Source: a virus
Virus record (IMG/VR): IMGVR_UViG_3300021961_007606
Span: 7,708 to 71,707 of that record
Length of the DNA: 64,000 nt
Reading direction: 5' to 3' (one strand)
Under the pieces are notes generated by a model. It searched no databases. It was not told the origin of the DNA and was given only the letters and a program-made list of their open reading frames with translations. The translations under genes were made by a program, and so were the position numbers. Of this stretch, positions 28,341-37,392 are shown piece by piece; position 1 is the first letter of the stretch, and each line of letters opens with the position of its first letter.

Positions 28341-28901
28341 CTAGATTTTTGCTGCCACAAAAGATTCTGGGGTAAGTTGCTTGTCTATATTAGGAAAATT
28401 CTCTTTTAGTTTATCTTTCCACTTAGACTGACCAAGTAGATAGCTAATAAATTTAGGAGCTTGTTCTTTTGTAAGAGCTGCTTGTAATTCTTGAGCTGTA
28501 GATGATGTTACTGCTTTAAACTTATCATCTTTCATTACTAAAAACAATCCAATTTTTTCTTTAACACGTGGTGATGATAATGTGATTGTTATTGTAGAAT
28601 CTGATGCAAGGGCTTTAGCAATCTTAGCTCCTAGCTTTTTAAAAAATCCACCATCTGTTGGCTTTTCTGAGCTCTTTTGTTGATTGTCTATATTAACGTT
28701 TTCTATCTTGCAATTAAATTGTGCAGATCTTTTACGTAAAGGATCGTACTTTACCCACATATGAAACTCATCTGGTGCAGAAGATGGTTCTTCATCCTTT
28801 GCATTCTTAGTATTGAGAGATGCTGCAGCAACAGCTCCTATTTGACCTGGCATTGCTTCTTTTACAATATGCTCTGGTAGTAGAGTTTTTAGCTTTATCA
28901 T
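28341..28901 (-). CDS. putative head-internal protein
   Basis: MIKLKTLLPEHIVKE leader; TATTTATA 4 nt upstream. Confidence 0.55.
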   Translation of the reverse strand: MIKLKTLLPEHIVKEAMPGQIGAVAAASLNTKNAKDEEPSSAPDEFHMWVKYDPLRKRSAQFNCKIENVNIDNQQKSSEKPTDGGFFKKLGAKIAKALASDSTITITLSSPRVKEKIGLFLVMKDDKFKAVTSSTAQELQAALTKEQAPKFISYLLGQSKWKDKLKENFPNIDKQLTPESFVAAKI

Positions 28902-28915
28902 TTTATATAAATATA

Positions 28916-29353
28916 CTACTTGTCTTTTAAATCTGTTTGTAGTTTAGTTTTCAAGTGTTTAAGCTTTTTCAACATTTGTGGATTAGCAGAAGTAGGAGCA
29001 GGATTAATTGTCCTGCCCTGCTCATATTTGAGTATTCTACTTTGAGTGGCGTGCTTTTCAATTTCAACAACAATGTCTAAAATTTCTTTTTCTTTTGCAA
29101 TTAGAGAATTTGTACATTCTCGCTGGTTGCTTATGACTTGTGTATTGAGTTCGTTAACACGTGTGGTGAGCTCTGCAATCTCGTTTTTTTGTAATGCTAC
29201 TTTGTTTTTTAACTCCTCAGTATCTTTTGTAAAACTATCAACTAATCTTGGTCCAATTGTCATTACAACAATGGCCAGTATAAGAATACACAAAGCAATT
29301 AATCTTTGTGCAGGTGATATTGTTTTTAGTATTCCTGAAACGTACTTTAGCAT
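28916..29353 (-). CDS. membrane-anchored coiled-coil protein (possible spanin/lysis component)
   Basis: One N-terminal TM helix plus long coiled coil; TATTTATA upstream. Confidence 0.5.
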   Translation of the reverse strand: MLKYVSGILKTISPAQRLIALCILILAIVVMTIGPRLVDSFTKDTEELKNKVALQKNEIAELTTRVNELNTQVISNQRECTNSLIAKEKEILDIVVEIEKHATQSRILKYEQGRTINPAPTSANPQMLKKLKHLKTKLQTDLKDK

Positions 29354-29958
29354 TTTAATATAAATAGTCTATACTCTTCTTTGAGGTGTGGAAGTGCTAC
29401 TGTCAGATATCTACCCTCCACTCCGTGCATGAATCGATTTCCTTTAGAGCTATTTTCAGCATCGTCCAACCATTGTAGGTTATCCAGGTGCCACACTATG
29501 TGTATAGGAGCATCTTCTTTAAACCAACTTTTTGGGATCCTATGGTCAATATGTTGGCCTATCGAGCCTTCACCGTAGCGATTAATAAAATCTTGAGCTG
29601 TGTATCCTAGTAGTTGTGCCGTTCTTTCGTTCTTTTTATACTTAATGTACTCTATGATTTGTTGTCTGAGTATTGTCTGCAGTCTGTAAGTTGGGTCAGT
29701 ACGATATCTCATATTGCCGTAATCCGTAACGATCTTGCGCATCTTTTCTGGATTTTCTTTTCGATACCTTCTACCCTGCTCTAATCGTTTTTCAGGGTAT
29801 CGATCTCTGTACCTTTTTGATGCTGCCTTTTGAGCCTCCTTGTTCACAACTGCCTTCATGCAGACTTTGCAGTTTGGATTCTTACCTCCTTTGTTTCCCT
29901 TACCACTATAGTACTCGGTTAATGGTTTATCTTGCATACAAGTCTTACACGTTTTCAT
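29347..29958 (-). CDS. free-standing HNH homing endonuclease
   Basis: CKTC...CKVC, HIDHRIPKSWF, HLDNLQWL...ENSSKGN; start moved to MKTCKTC, downstream of TATTTATA at 29974-29981. Confidence 0.8.
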   Translation of the reverse strand: MKTCKTCMQDKPLTEYYSGKGNKGGKNPNCKVCMKAVVNKEAQKAASKRYRDRYPEKRLEQGRRYRKENPEKMRKIVTDYGNMRYRTDPTYRLQTILRQQIIEYIKYKKNERTAQLLGYTAQDFINRYGEGSIGQHIDHRIPKSWFKEDAPIHIVWHLDNLQWLDDAENSSKGNRFMHGVEGRYLTVALPHLKEEYRLFILKC

Positions 29959-30021
29959 AGCAATGTTCTTTGCTATAAATAGTCTTGTGTTTTTATAAAT
30001 GACCCCCTCTAGGAGGGACAT

Positions 30022-32244
30022 TTATAAATGCCCCGCACCAAAATCACTTGCAATATTTGGTTCAGCAATCAGCCCAGTTGCAATCTTTACAGTATTTTCC
30101 ATGTGATGTTTTACAATCCTTGACACTTCCTCAGCAATTTCTTCCTTTGCATTTACAACAAACTCATCATGGATTTGTAACATGATATATGCATCCAATC
30201 CTCTTTCTTTAAACTCTTTGTGTATTGCTATGGCAGATCTATTCATAATAGAAGCTGCTAGTGACTGTATTTGAAAGTTTTTAGAGTTGTTCAAACCATT
30301 CTTATACTCCATCCGCAGTTGCATTAGTTTATTTGTTTGCTCTACACTTTTGCACATTCCTTTCATCATTTTAAAAGCTTGTGGATGTAGCAAGTTATCT
30401 TCAAACTTTTCATAGATAGCTTTTACACGATCCAAGTGACGAATCCTACCAGTCTTATTTTTAATAAAACCAAATGCTTGCACTCTAAGGTGGGTATCAC
30501 TCATCCATTTTGCTAACTCAGGGAACCCTTCAAGATACCCATCAATTAGCTTTTGAGCTTCTCTAATATCAATATCAAGACTCTTACTGATCTGCCAAGC
30601 ACCAGCACCATATGGAATCGCAAGTGCAATTCCTTTTGCCCTCTGCCTCAGTTCCGGTCTCATTGTTTTAACAAAGTTAGGATCTTTCTTTTTAGCTGAA
30701 AGTCCTTTAAGTTTAAAAGCTTGTATCGCTACCCTGCTATACAAATCCTCATTTTCTAAGAATACATTAATTAGGTTTGGGTCATTACTAACAGAAGCAA
30801 ACACTCGAGGTTCTAGAGAAGATTGGTCACATATAATAAGCTTACGACCATTCTCGGCTTTTAGGAAACTGCGCAAAATGTTGTTGTATTTTAAAACTAA
30901 ATCACTCACCTCACCCTGTTCCAATACACGAGGCATTTGCTGACAATCAGAGCTAAACCTACCACTAGTTGTTCCATGTTGGCGGAAGTACCAATAATAC
31001 CTACCATTCTCATTACCATCGACAAAGCGGTCAATATAGGCACTATTGATTTTAATAAGTTTGTTATAATCCCTCAGCTTTGCAGCCCAATCATGCTTCT
31101 TTCCTAAATGCTCTATCATGTCATCATCAAACTGATCTGTACCCTTACGAGTTTGACTGAGAGGCTTGATCTTCATGTATTTAAAAACAATATCCGATAG
31201 TTGCTTCTTGCTACTGATGTTTATGTAGTTTCCTTCACTCTCTTTCCATAATTCCAAACTAACTTTATACTTTAACTCCTCAGTTAAATCATTCACATCT
31301 CCACTAATCAAAAAGAGGGAATTAGGGTCATGTTGTTTAAGTCGTTCTGCATACTTTCCTCTTTTCTTAGGAGGAAAGTTTTGTATAGCTTTTACCATCA
31401 CCCACTCCTTTACGGCTGGAATTGTTAACATGCTGGCTATGATGTCCTGCTCTAGTTGTATCAGCTCAGCATTGATGTTTTTCTTAGTTTCAAGAATAAG
31501 ATTCATGTCTAACTCTGTACCAACTTCTTCCATCTGAATGGTTACAGTTTTGTAAAGTGGCATGACTTCGTCAACAAAAAAGAAGTCCCACAACTCCTGC
31601 TCTTTTAGTATTGGAAGATAGTGAGTCATTACACGAAGAGTTAAATCAGTATCCGCTGCAGCATATTGACCTAACAACTGCATGTCTGCTTTAAAGATCT
31701 CATAGTTTTCTTTGCTGACACTACCACCATTCCTTTTAATGTTCTCTTTCATAAGGACCTGCTCTTCATTAGCTTCTTTCTCAGCATTGATACCAAGCTC
31801 AGCTTGCAACTCAATTGCAATATCTTTTAAACCAAAAGGACCATCCTCTTTAAGAGTGTGACGTAGTAACATTGTATCACAATACAAGTCCTCTCTAAGA
31901 TCTATACCATAAAAGTTTTTAGTAAATCGGATATCAAAAGATCCGTTATGCATTATCAGCTTCTTGCCTTTGAGCATTCCGATAAGCTGTTTAGCAATAT
32001 CGTCACAGCTCTTGCTGCCTATAAAAGAATCTACCAAAGCTTGTTGTTCGGGATTCCAAATACGAGTGGGAAAGTAGTAACCCTCATTCAAGTTTGCTGA
32101 AACTGAAAAACCAATGATCATCCCAGTTCTTGGATTGATGCTTGTGGTTTCAATATCATACGCGATTATGTTACCATTCTTAATGTAATTAGCCAGCTCT
32201 ACGACCCCAGCCTGGTCCGTTATGATCTTATAACTTTTTTCCAT
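30022..32244 (-). CDS. polA: DNA polymerase family A with 3'-5' exonuclease
   Basis: YDIETT, HNGSFD, YAAADT, SGRFSS, DQSSLEPR, RQRAK...YG, QIHDE; start moved to MEKSYK. Confidence 0.95.
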   Translation of the reverse strand: MEKSYKIITDQAGVVELANYIKNGNIIAYDIETTSINPRTGMIIGFSVSANLNEGYYFPTRIWNPEQQALVDSFIGSKSCDDIAKQLIGMLKGKKLIMHNGSFDIRFTKNFYGIDLREDLYCDTMLLRHTLKEDGPFGLKDIAIELQAELGINAEKEANEEQVLMKENIKRNGGSVSKENYEIFKADMQLLGQYAAADTDLTLRVMTHYLPILKEQELWDFFFVDEVMPLYKTVTIQMEEVGTELDMNLILETKKNINAELIQLEQDIIASMLTIPAVKEWVMVKAIQNFPPKKRGKYAERLKQHDPNSLFLISGDVNDLTEELKYKVSLELWKESEGNYINISSKKQLSDIVFKYMKIKPLSQTRKGTDQFDDDMIEHLGKKHDWAAKLRDYNKLIKINSAYIDRFVDGNENGRYYWYFRQHGTTSGRFSSDCQQMPRVLEQGEVSDLVLKYNNILRSFLKAENGRKLIICDQSSLEPRVFASVSNDPNLINVFLENEDLYSRVAIQAFKLKGLSAKKKDPNFVKTMRPELRQRAKGIALAIPYGAGAWQISKSLDIDIREAQKLIDGYLEGFPELAKWMSDTHLRVQAFGFIKNKTGRIRHLDRVKAIYEKFEDNLLHPQAFKMMKGMCKSVEQTNKLMQLRMEYKNGLNNSKNFQIQSLAASIMNRSAIAIHKEFKERGLDAYIMLQIHDEFVVNAKEEIAEEVSRIVKHHMENTVKIATGLIAEPNIASDFGAGHL

Positions 32245-32250
32245 ACTATA

Positions 32251-32279
32251 ACAATACAAAATAAAAAAGAAAAAGCCAA
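32251..32279 (-). promoter_or_regulatory. host-sigma-type promoter TTGGCT-N17-TATTGT
   Basis: Upstream of polA; -35 lies in the terminator stem. Confidence 0.5.
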
Positions 32280-32300
32280 CTTTTTTAGGAGTTGGCTTTT
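32271..32300 (-). terminator. intrinsic terminator
   Basis: AAAAGCCAACT...AGTTGGCTTTT inverted repeat with A/T tracts. Confidence 0.75.
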
Positions 32301-32319
32301 AATGTATGCTATTGTTAAT

Positions 32320-32685
32320 TTAATTTCCTACAATGTAAACATCATATCCAGTAAACTTGCTAGCCAAAGGCTCTAAAGCATCTTCGACATTATTTTTAGT
32401 TTCTTCTAAAAGATCCTGATATACTGGTCCATTTGGACGAAATTCAAACTCACAAACACTGTCAGTTACTACGTAATTGATTAGTTTACAGTCGTTTTGT
32501 TCTATAGTTTGTATTACCTCAGCCCATAAAGATGCGTTGTTGCTTTCAGCTTTATTCCAAGAAAAGTAGATAGCTGCTACAAGATTGTTGTTTTTATGTT
32601 TAGCTTGAAAAGCAGGAGCTTTTGCTTCCGTTAATACTTTTTTAATCTCTTCGCGGATTAGCTTTCTAAGTTCTGTTGCTTTCAT
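32320..32685 (-). CDS. putative head-internal protein with KxIxEEI leader
   Basis: MKATELRKLIREEIKKVLTE; TATTTATA at 32702-32709. Confidence 0.6.
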   Translation of the reverse strand: MKATELRKLIREEIKKVLTEAKAPAFQAKHKNNNLVAAIYFSWNKAESNNASLWAEVIQTIEQNDCKLINYVVTDSVCEFEFRPNGPVYQDLLEETKNNVEDALEPLASKFTGYDVYIVGN

Positions 32686-32717
32686 TATTATTTTTATTTC
32701 TTATAAATAGTCTAACG

Positions 32718-33512
32718 TCATTTAAAAGAACCTTTTCTGCAACTCTTTTTCAACATCTCAATGTTAGATTCTACCAACTTCATATCCACATCTCTCATAT
32801 CAAAAGTTTCTAAAAAATTATGTGGAGTTGGTATTCTTGTTTCAGAATCTTTAGTAAAATCAATACCATGTGCTGCAGCAAGTACGGGATACACACTATC
32901 AGTTGATCTCATAGCTGGGTGATCGTAGTAACTGAACTCAGTTGGTGATCCCTGTCCTAAGCAATGGATAGGCTTGAGTAGCATGTTTCTTTCTTTCAAG
33001 TAATCATAAGCCAAGTGCCTTGCTTCCTTAATACCTTGATCATTTGTCATGTTTAAGAAAGCGTTAGGAACTGCAATCTTAGAGAATCCAATGGTACTGA
33101 TCCAGTCTTGCTTTAGTCCCCACTCATATGCTTCCAACCAAGCTGTTTGGTCAATCCCTTGTGGACAAAAGAATATATCAGTACTTTCTAATAAACCTTC
33201 TGCTTCCATACGATCACGAAACTTGATTGCATTAGCAATTGTAGCATCTTTATCAAACAACACATCCGGTGCAATTACTTCACTTGGTGCTAAATCCTTT
33301 ACTACCTCAATAAGTACATCTTCTGTAACTAAAGCTCTTTCAGCTGCACTATTGTCTAATGTAATCCATCTATCTACATCTTCATCAATCAAATTATATA
33401 TAAATTTTCTGTAGTGAGGATACTGTACCCACAAATGTGCAAGTACAAAGATTCTATCTCCAAGCTTCATTGGCTCGAGATTGCTTACTGGTGATATAAC
33501 GTAAAAATCCAT
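32718..33512 (-). CDS. dpdA: TGT/DpdA-like TIM-barrel transglycosylase (7-deazaguanine insertion)
   Basis: LDNS, APDV, PQG, HCLG, RSTDS correspond to TGT-family catalytic motifs; clustered with folE/queD/queE. Confidence 0.65.
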   Translation of the reverse strand: MDFYVISPVSNLEPMKLGDRIFVLAHLWVQYPHYRKFIYNLIDEDVDRWITLDNSAAERALVTEDVLIEVVKDLAPSEVIAPDVLFDKDATIANAIKFRDRMEAEGLLESTDIFFCPQGIDQTAWLEAYEWGLKQDWISTIGFSKIAVPNAFLNMTNDQGIKEARHLAYDYLKERNMLLKPIHCLGQGSPTEFSYYDHPAMRSTDSVYPVLAAAHGIDFTKDSETRIPTPHNFLETFDMRDVDMKLVESNIEMLKKSCRKGSFK

Positions 33513-33577
33513 TTAGTTTTTTATATAAGTGTATGTGAAAGGAATGTTTCCAAAGGTTGTACTAGATGTCCAATAAT

Positions 33578-34237
33578 TCATTGTTTTAGGTTGCTTAATT
33601 GTTTGTGTTCATATATTTGTTTTATCATACGAAAAAAATCTTCTTCAGGCAAATCCATTTTCATTTTATTTGCGTTTTTGTGTATCCACTGTATATTGTC
33701 GGCTGTGTACCCTTTTGCTGAGTTAATGCGGTCAAGTGATGCTGTCTGCTTATTGAAGTTGTTGCTGTTTGTCAGTGTTAGGTCTAATCCTGAAAATACA
33801 CACTTGCCTATCTGCTTTTGATACTGTGACCACATATCTTCTATTGTAATCATAAACGGTATACCTCTTCGAATAGCTGCGTTTTTAATCTGAAGCCAGT
33901 ATGTTTGGTGTACTCTGCCACACGACTTGCCTTCTGATATCTTTTTATAACTGCAAGCGGTGCAGCGTTTAGATCTCGGTGACTTTGCTGTCGCTGATGA
34001 AAGTTCACTAGTGTTACCACAACTACACCTAACAGATATAAGATTGTGACGATTAAACGTATGACCTTCTACAACCCAATCACCTATGTAGGTGCCTATA
34101 GGAAATTCTTTTTTTAAGCTTTGTGCACCTAAGCAGCGGTGACATAAACCATCCCAAGTTGGATCTTTAATTTTATCAGGCTTGCATATACGCTCTTTAC
34201 CACAACAGGTACAAGCTCGAATATAAGTTTTATTCAT
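33578..34237 (-). CDS. free-standing HNH-type homing endonuclease
   Basis: CSCG, C..SG, SLDRINSAKGYTADNIQWIH...N.MK; inserted between folE and the dpdA-like gene. Confidence 0.75.
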   Translation of the reverse strand: MNKTYIRACTCCGKERICKPDKIKDPTWDGLCHRCLGAQSLKKEFPIGTYIGDWVVEGHTFNRHNLISVRCSCGNTSELSSATAKSPRSKRCTACSYKKISEGKSCGRVHQTYWLQIKNAAIRRGIPFMITIEDMWSQYQKQIGKCVFSGLDLTLTNSNNFNKQTASLDRINSAKGYTADNIQWIHKNANKMKMDLPEEDFFRMIKQIYEHKQLSNLKQ

Positions 34238-34241
34238 AATT

Positions 34242-34296
34242 ACTATTTATTATAAATAGTATAACGAACTGTTTTATTATACAAATTCGTTATACT
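34242..34296 (-). promoter_or_regulatory. palindromic TATTTATA site plus 11 bp inverted repeat upstream of the HNH gene
   Basis: ACTATTTAT-T-ATAAATAGT (34242-34260); AGTATAACGAA...TTCGTTATACT (34258-34296). Confidence 0.55.
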
Positions 34297-34313
34297 TTTT
34301 ATAATAAAATAAA

Positions 34314-34964
34314 TTACATTCTACTTTGGTCGATGAGAGCAAAAAATTCATGCCTAGTGCCAATTTCATTAGTCCAGAAGTACCCTGACATTTGTGATGT
34401 CTTCATAATACTATCTTGCTTGATACCTCTACATTTTACACAATTGTGTTGGCTTTCTACTACCACTGCCACTCCTCGATTACCAATGCAAAGCTTATCA
34501 ATGTGATCATGAATTTGCTTTGTTAAACTTTCTTGAATGTTTGGTCTACGTGAATAAAAATCTACAATACGGTTCAACTTACTTAAACCAATAACCATAT
34601 CAGTTTTTTCTTTACCAGCTATGTAAGCAACATGGGCCACTCCATGGAATGTTAAGTTATGATGAGCACAAAGACTCATTACTGGAATACGTGTTTGACA
34701 AATTATACCAGTGTAACCTTCATCATTTGGAAATGCGGTAATCTCAGGCTCTTCACTCAAGGAACCCTTAATAAGGTCGTGTACCCATGCTTTTGCTACT
34801 CGCTTAGGTGTGTTAGCACTATGTGGATCTTGTGTCCAATCAAAGCCTAACGCATTTAAAAACTTTCCATAATACTCAGCAGCTTGTTCAATCATCTGAG
34901 CTTTTTCTTCCTCCGTACGAGGTATGTTGCCATTGGCTTTTGTCAATAACTTGATTTCTTTCAT
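34314..34964 (-). CDS. folE: GTP cyclohydrolase I
   Basis: TPKRVAK, SLCAHHN, GLSKLNRIVDFYSRRP.IQE, HNCVKCRG. Confidence 0.95.
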   Translation of the reverse strand: MKEIKLLTKANGNIPRTEEEKAQMIEQAAEYYGKFLNALGFDWTQDPHSANTPKRVAKAWVHDLIKGSLSEEPEITAFPNDEGYTGIICQTRIPVMSLCAHHNLTFHGVAHVAYIAGKEKTDMVIGLSKLNRIVDFYSRRPNIQESLTKQIHDHIDKLCIGNRGVAVVVESQHNCVKCRGIKQDSIMKTSQMSGYFWTNEIGTRHEFFALIDQSRM

Positions 34965-34968
34965 ATGT

Positions 34969-35436
34969 TTAGTTGTTTACAGTAATATACAAATCTTTTA
35001 GCTTATCTTGCAACTCTTTTAATCCTAAACTTTCATCACGCAGATCTGCTTCTTCAAAGGTGATGTCATCTTTAGAAATTGCTCGGTCATGAAATCTATA
35101 CTTGCGAACATCGTCAGGAGTCTCTAACCAAACAAGGTCTAAGTTCTCAATACCATATTCAGCAACTAATCCCATTACAATGGTATATTGTCTAATACCA
35201 TCAATCACAACTTTATTGTATTTGTTGATTTCTTGACAAAGTTCATGACAAATATCTTGATCCATGTGAGCTGTGTTTTGCAACTCACTACGAGAAGCTT
35301 TGCCCGATACTCGCTTTACAATATCAGATACTGTAATTCTTTTTGCTTTTGTGATGTAGCTCAATGCGTTTGCATATGTGCTTTTTCCACTACATATTTT
35401 TCCAAATAGTAGTACTATTCTTTTTGTTTGAATCAT
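34969..35436 (-). CDS. P-loop nucleotide (NMP-type) kinase
   Basis: GKICSGKST, VSDIVK, VIDGIR, DVRKYR lid. Confidence 0.7.
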   Translation of the reverse strand: MIQTKRIVLLFGKICSGKSTYANALSYITKAKRITVSDIVKRVSGKASRSELQNTAHMDQDICHELCQEINKYNKVVIDGIRQYTIVMGLVAEYGIENLDLVWLETPDDVRKYRFHDRAISKDDITFEEADLRDESLGLKELQDKLKDLYITVNN

Positions 35437-35774
35437 AACGTAACTATACCAAAAAATTCACCATCTTCCGACACTGAACATCTGCAAAGATTAAATTCCT
35501 TTAGCAGCTCCTCCGCAATCATTTCACAAGACCATCCGGTAAAGTTACAGCACTTGTATTTAGCGTCATACCACTTTTGACCAATGTAATTTTTAATCTT
35601 ATGCTTAAACTCAATAAACTCAATGTCACGATCTCCATGAGAAACTTCTGCTCTGCAAAAAAATTGAAATGTGTGTCTGTGTAGATACTTTAAGTATTCT
35701 ACTTCCTCAATGTTGCAGTTAGGCCAACAATGCAATCCCTCGATGTCTATCTTTACTTCTATGTACTTTTTCAT
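35433..35774 (-). CDS. QueD-like T-fold protein (DpdL-like, predicted CDG decarboxylase)
   Basis: EGLHCWP...YL...HRH.F...V.H.DRDIEF...SCEMIA...VSEDGE. Confidence 0.65.
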   Translation of the reverse strand: MKKYIEVKIDIEGLHCWPNCNIEEVEYLKYLHRHTFQFFCRAEVSHGDRDIEFIEFKHKIKNYIGQKWYDAKYKCCNFTGWSCEMIAEELLKEFNLCRCSVSEDGEFFGIVTL

Positions 35775-36256
35775 TATTTAAGATCCTTATTTTTTTGCCA
35801 CTGACCATTATACAGCTCAGCTGATGTGTTTTCAAACAAAATGATTTGAGCTACTCTTGCTCCTTTTTCAATTACCATTTCTTTTGTTGCAATCAATACA
35901 GCTCCCATTTCATCTACCTCAAAACCCGGATCATAAACTCCGCTTGTAATAATTCCACCACAACGTAAAATACTTGAACGATGTCTAATAAAAGCTGTGT
36001 GATTGCTATCCAGCTTACAGCCTTGTTCAAAGGTGAGTGAGTATGTTCCTGGTTCTAGTTTAAAAATAATCTTTCCAGTTGGAGAGGTGAATGGTGTTAT
36101 TGGGGTGTATGGAGTTACATCGGTTGCATTTGCCATTACAGCACCACCATTAATCTTTTTTACTTCTTTTAAGGTTAAGTCATAACCTACTTGAGCCTTT
36201 GCTCCTTTTCCATGTGTAGATAAAAAAGTTTCTACTTGATTTGCATTTAAAAGCAT
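35774..36256 (-). CDS. trimeric dUTPase/dCTP-deaminase-fold protein
   Basis: GYDLT, RSS..R, YDPGF, RVAQ, YNGQWQ. Confidence 0.75.
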   Translation of the reverse strand: MLLNANQVETFLSTHGKGAKAQVGYDLTLKEVKKINGGAVMANATDVTPYTPITPFTSPTGKIIFKLEPGTYSLTFEQGCKLDSNHTAFIRHRSSILRCGGIITSGVYDPGFEVDEMGAVLIATKEMVIEKGARVAQIILFENTSAELYNGQWQKNKDLK

Positions 36257-36378
36257 ATGTTTTTAAGATATTTTAAGAGTTCAACAAAACCTGTATAGTT
36301 CGCGACCAAAATGTCTACTAAGTCCAAATGACCAATACTATCAGGACAAATTCCTATTATGTGATATAATTCATGCAT
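36247..36378 (-). CDS. small hypothetical protein (43 aa), not in ORF track
   Basis: Hand-translated MHELYHIIGICPDSIGHLDLVDILVANY...; fills the gap exactly. Confidence 0.5.
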   Translation of the reverse strand: MHELYHIIGICPDSIGHLDLVDILVANYTGFVELLKYLKNICF

Positions 36379-36379
36379 A

Positions 36380-37156
36380 TTACACTCCGCGTTTAGTATC
36401 AAAAGCAATGATATGATCTCTACCAGTCATATTGTATCCTCTTTCAGCACACATATCAAATACTAATGGATACATCTTGATTAACTCATCTCTTGTGTCT
36501 CCAGCTGGCATGATATAAGTCTTGCTCATTGGAATATCATGAAGCTTTCTAAACTCTTCTAATTCCAAAAGAGTATCTACTGTACCATCCCAAACTGGTT
36601 TGTAATGGTAGTCTGTATGATACTTTAAAGTTTGACTAATGGCCTCATGATTGAGTCTAAGCTTGTTATGTTGCTTAATCATTTTATCATCTACAATATC
36701 TCCTTGAGGAGTACTAACTCCAGCTTTAGGAACACTATTGCTAAACTTTGGACTAAGTGAAATTAAACCAATAGGATAATCTGTTTCAATAAAATGACTA
36801 CCTTCAGTTTCAATTGTAATAAGAATGCCCCTTTCATGAGCAAAATGAGTAAGCTCATTTACCAAGTTAGGATGCATTGTTGGTGATCCTCCAGTCAACA
36901 TCATTTCACTGATGTGTGGATTTTCATCATAGATTTTAATAATATCGTTAAAAGTAAATGTACCCTTTTCAGGATGTATACTTGTATACCAACTATCACA
37001 CCATCCACCTTCACCAAAGTAACATCTATGAGTACATCCAGTTGTTCGTACAGCTATAGTTGGTCTTCCAAATCGACTACCTTCACTTTGCACACAACGA
37101 TACAACTCTACAATAGGTAAAACTTTATTGTAATCTACTATTCTTCCTGGTTTCAT
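36380..37156 (-). CDS. queE: 7-carboxy-7-deazaguanine synthase (radical SAM)
   Basis: VQSEG, RTTGCTHRC-x7-CDS, LTGGSP, IETEG, LSPK; start moved to MKPGRIV. Confidence 0.9.
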   Translation of the reverse strand: MKPGRIVDYNKVLPIVELYRCVQSEGSRFGRPTIAVRTTGCTHRCYFGEGGWCDSWYTSIHPEKGTFTFNDIIKIYDENPHISEMMLTGGSPTMHPNLVNELTHFAHERGILITIETEGSHFIETDYPIGLISLSPKFSNSVPKAGVSTPQGDIVDDKMIKQHNKLRLNHEAISQTLKYHTDYHYKPVWDGTVDTLLELEEFRKLHDIPMSKTYIMPAGDTRDELIKMYPLVFDMCAERGYNMTGRDHIIAFDTKRGV

Positions 37157-37157
37157 A

Positions 37158-37391
37158 TTATACTGGGTTTTGTTTAAAGTATTCATCTAAAAAGCTTTTA
37201 GGATACCTCATGATTTTTCCTACGTAGGTTTTTGTTGTTACCTCGTGAGTGGTCATTTCAACTCCTTTTAGCATTGCTGCTTGACACACGGCTCTTCCTA
37301 GTTCAGAACCTGCTGCTTGTCCTAAATACTCAAACAAAGACATCATAATTACATCGTTTGTTGAGGTTGATGTGTAATAACTATTTGACAT
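37158..37391 (-). CDS. hypothetical protein
   Basis: MSLFEYLGQAAGSELG... core; start uncertain. Confidence 0.6.
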   Translation of the reverse strand: MSNSYYTSTSTNDVIMMSLFEYLGQAAGSELGRAVCQAAMLKGVEMTTHEVTTKTYVGKIMRYPKSFLDEYFKQNPV

Positions 37392-37392
37392 A

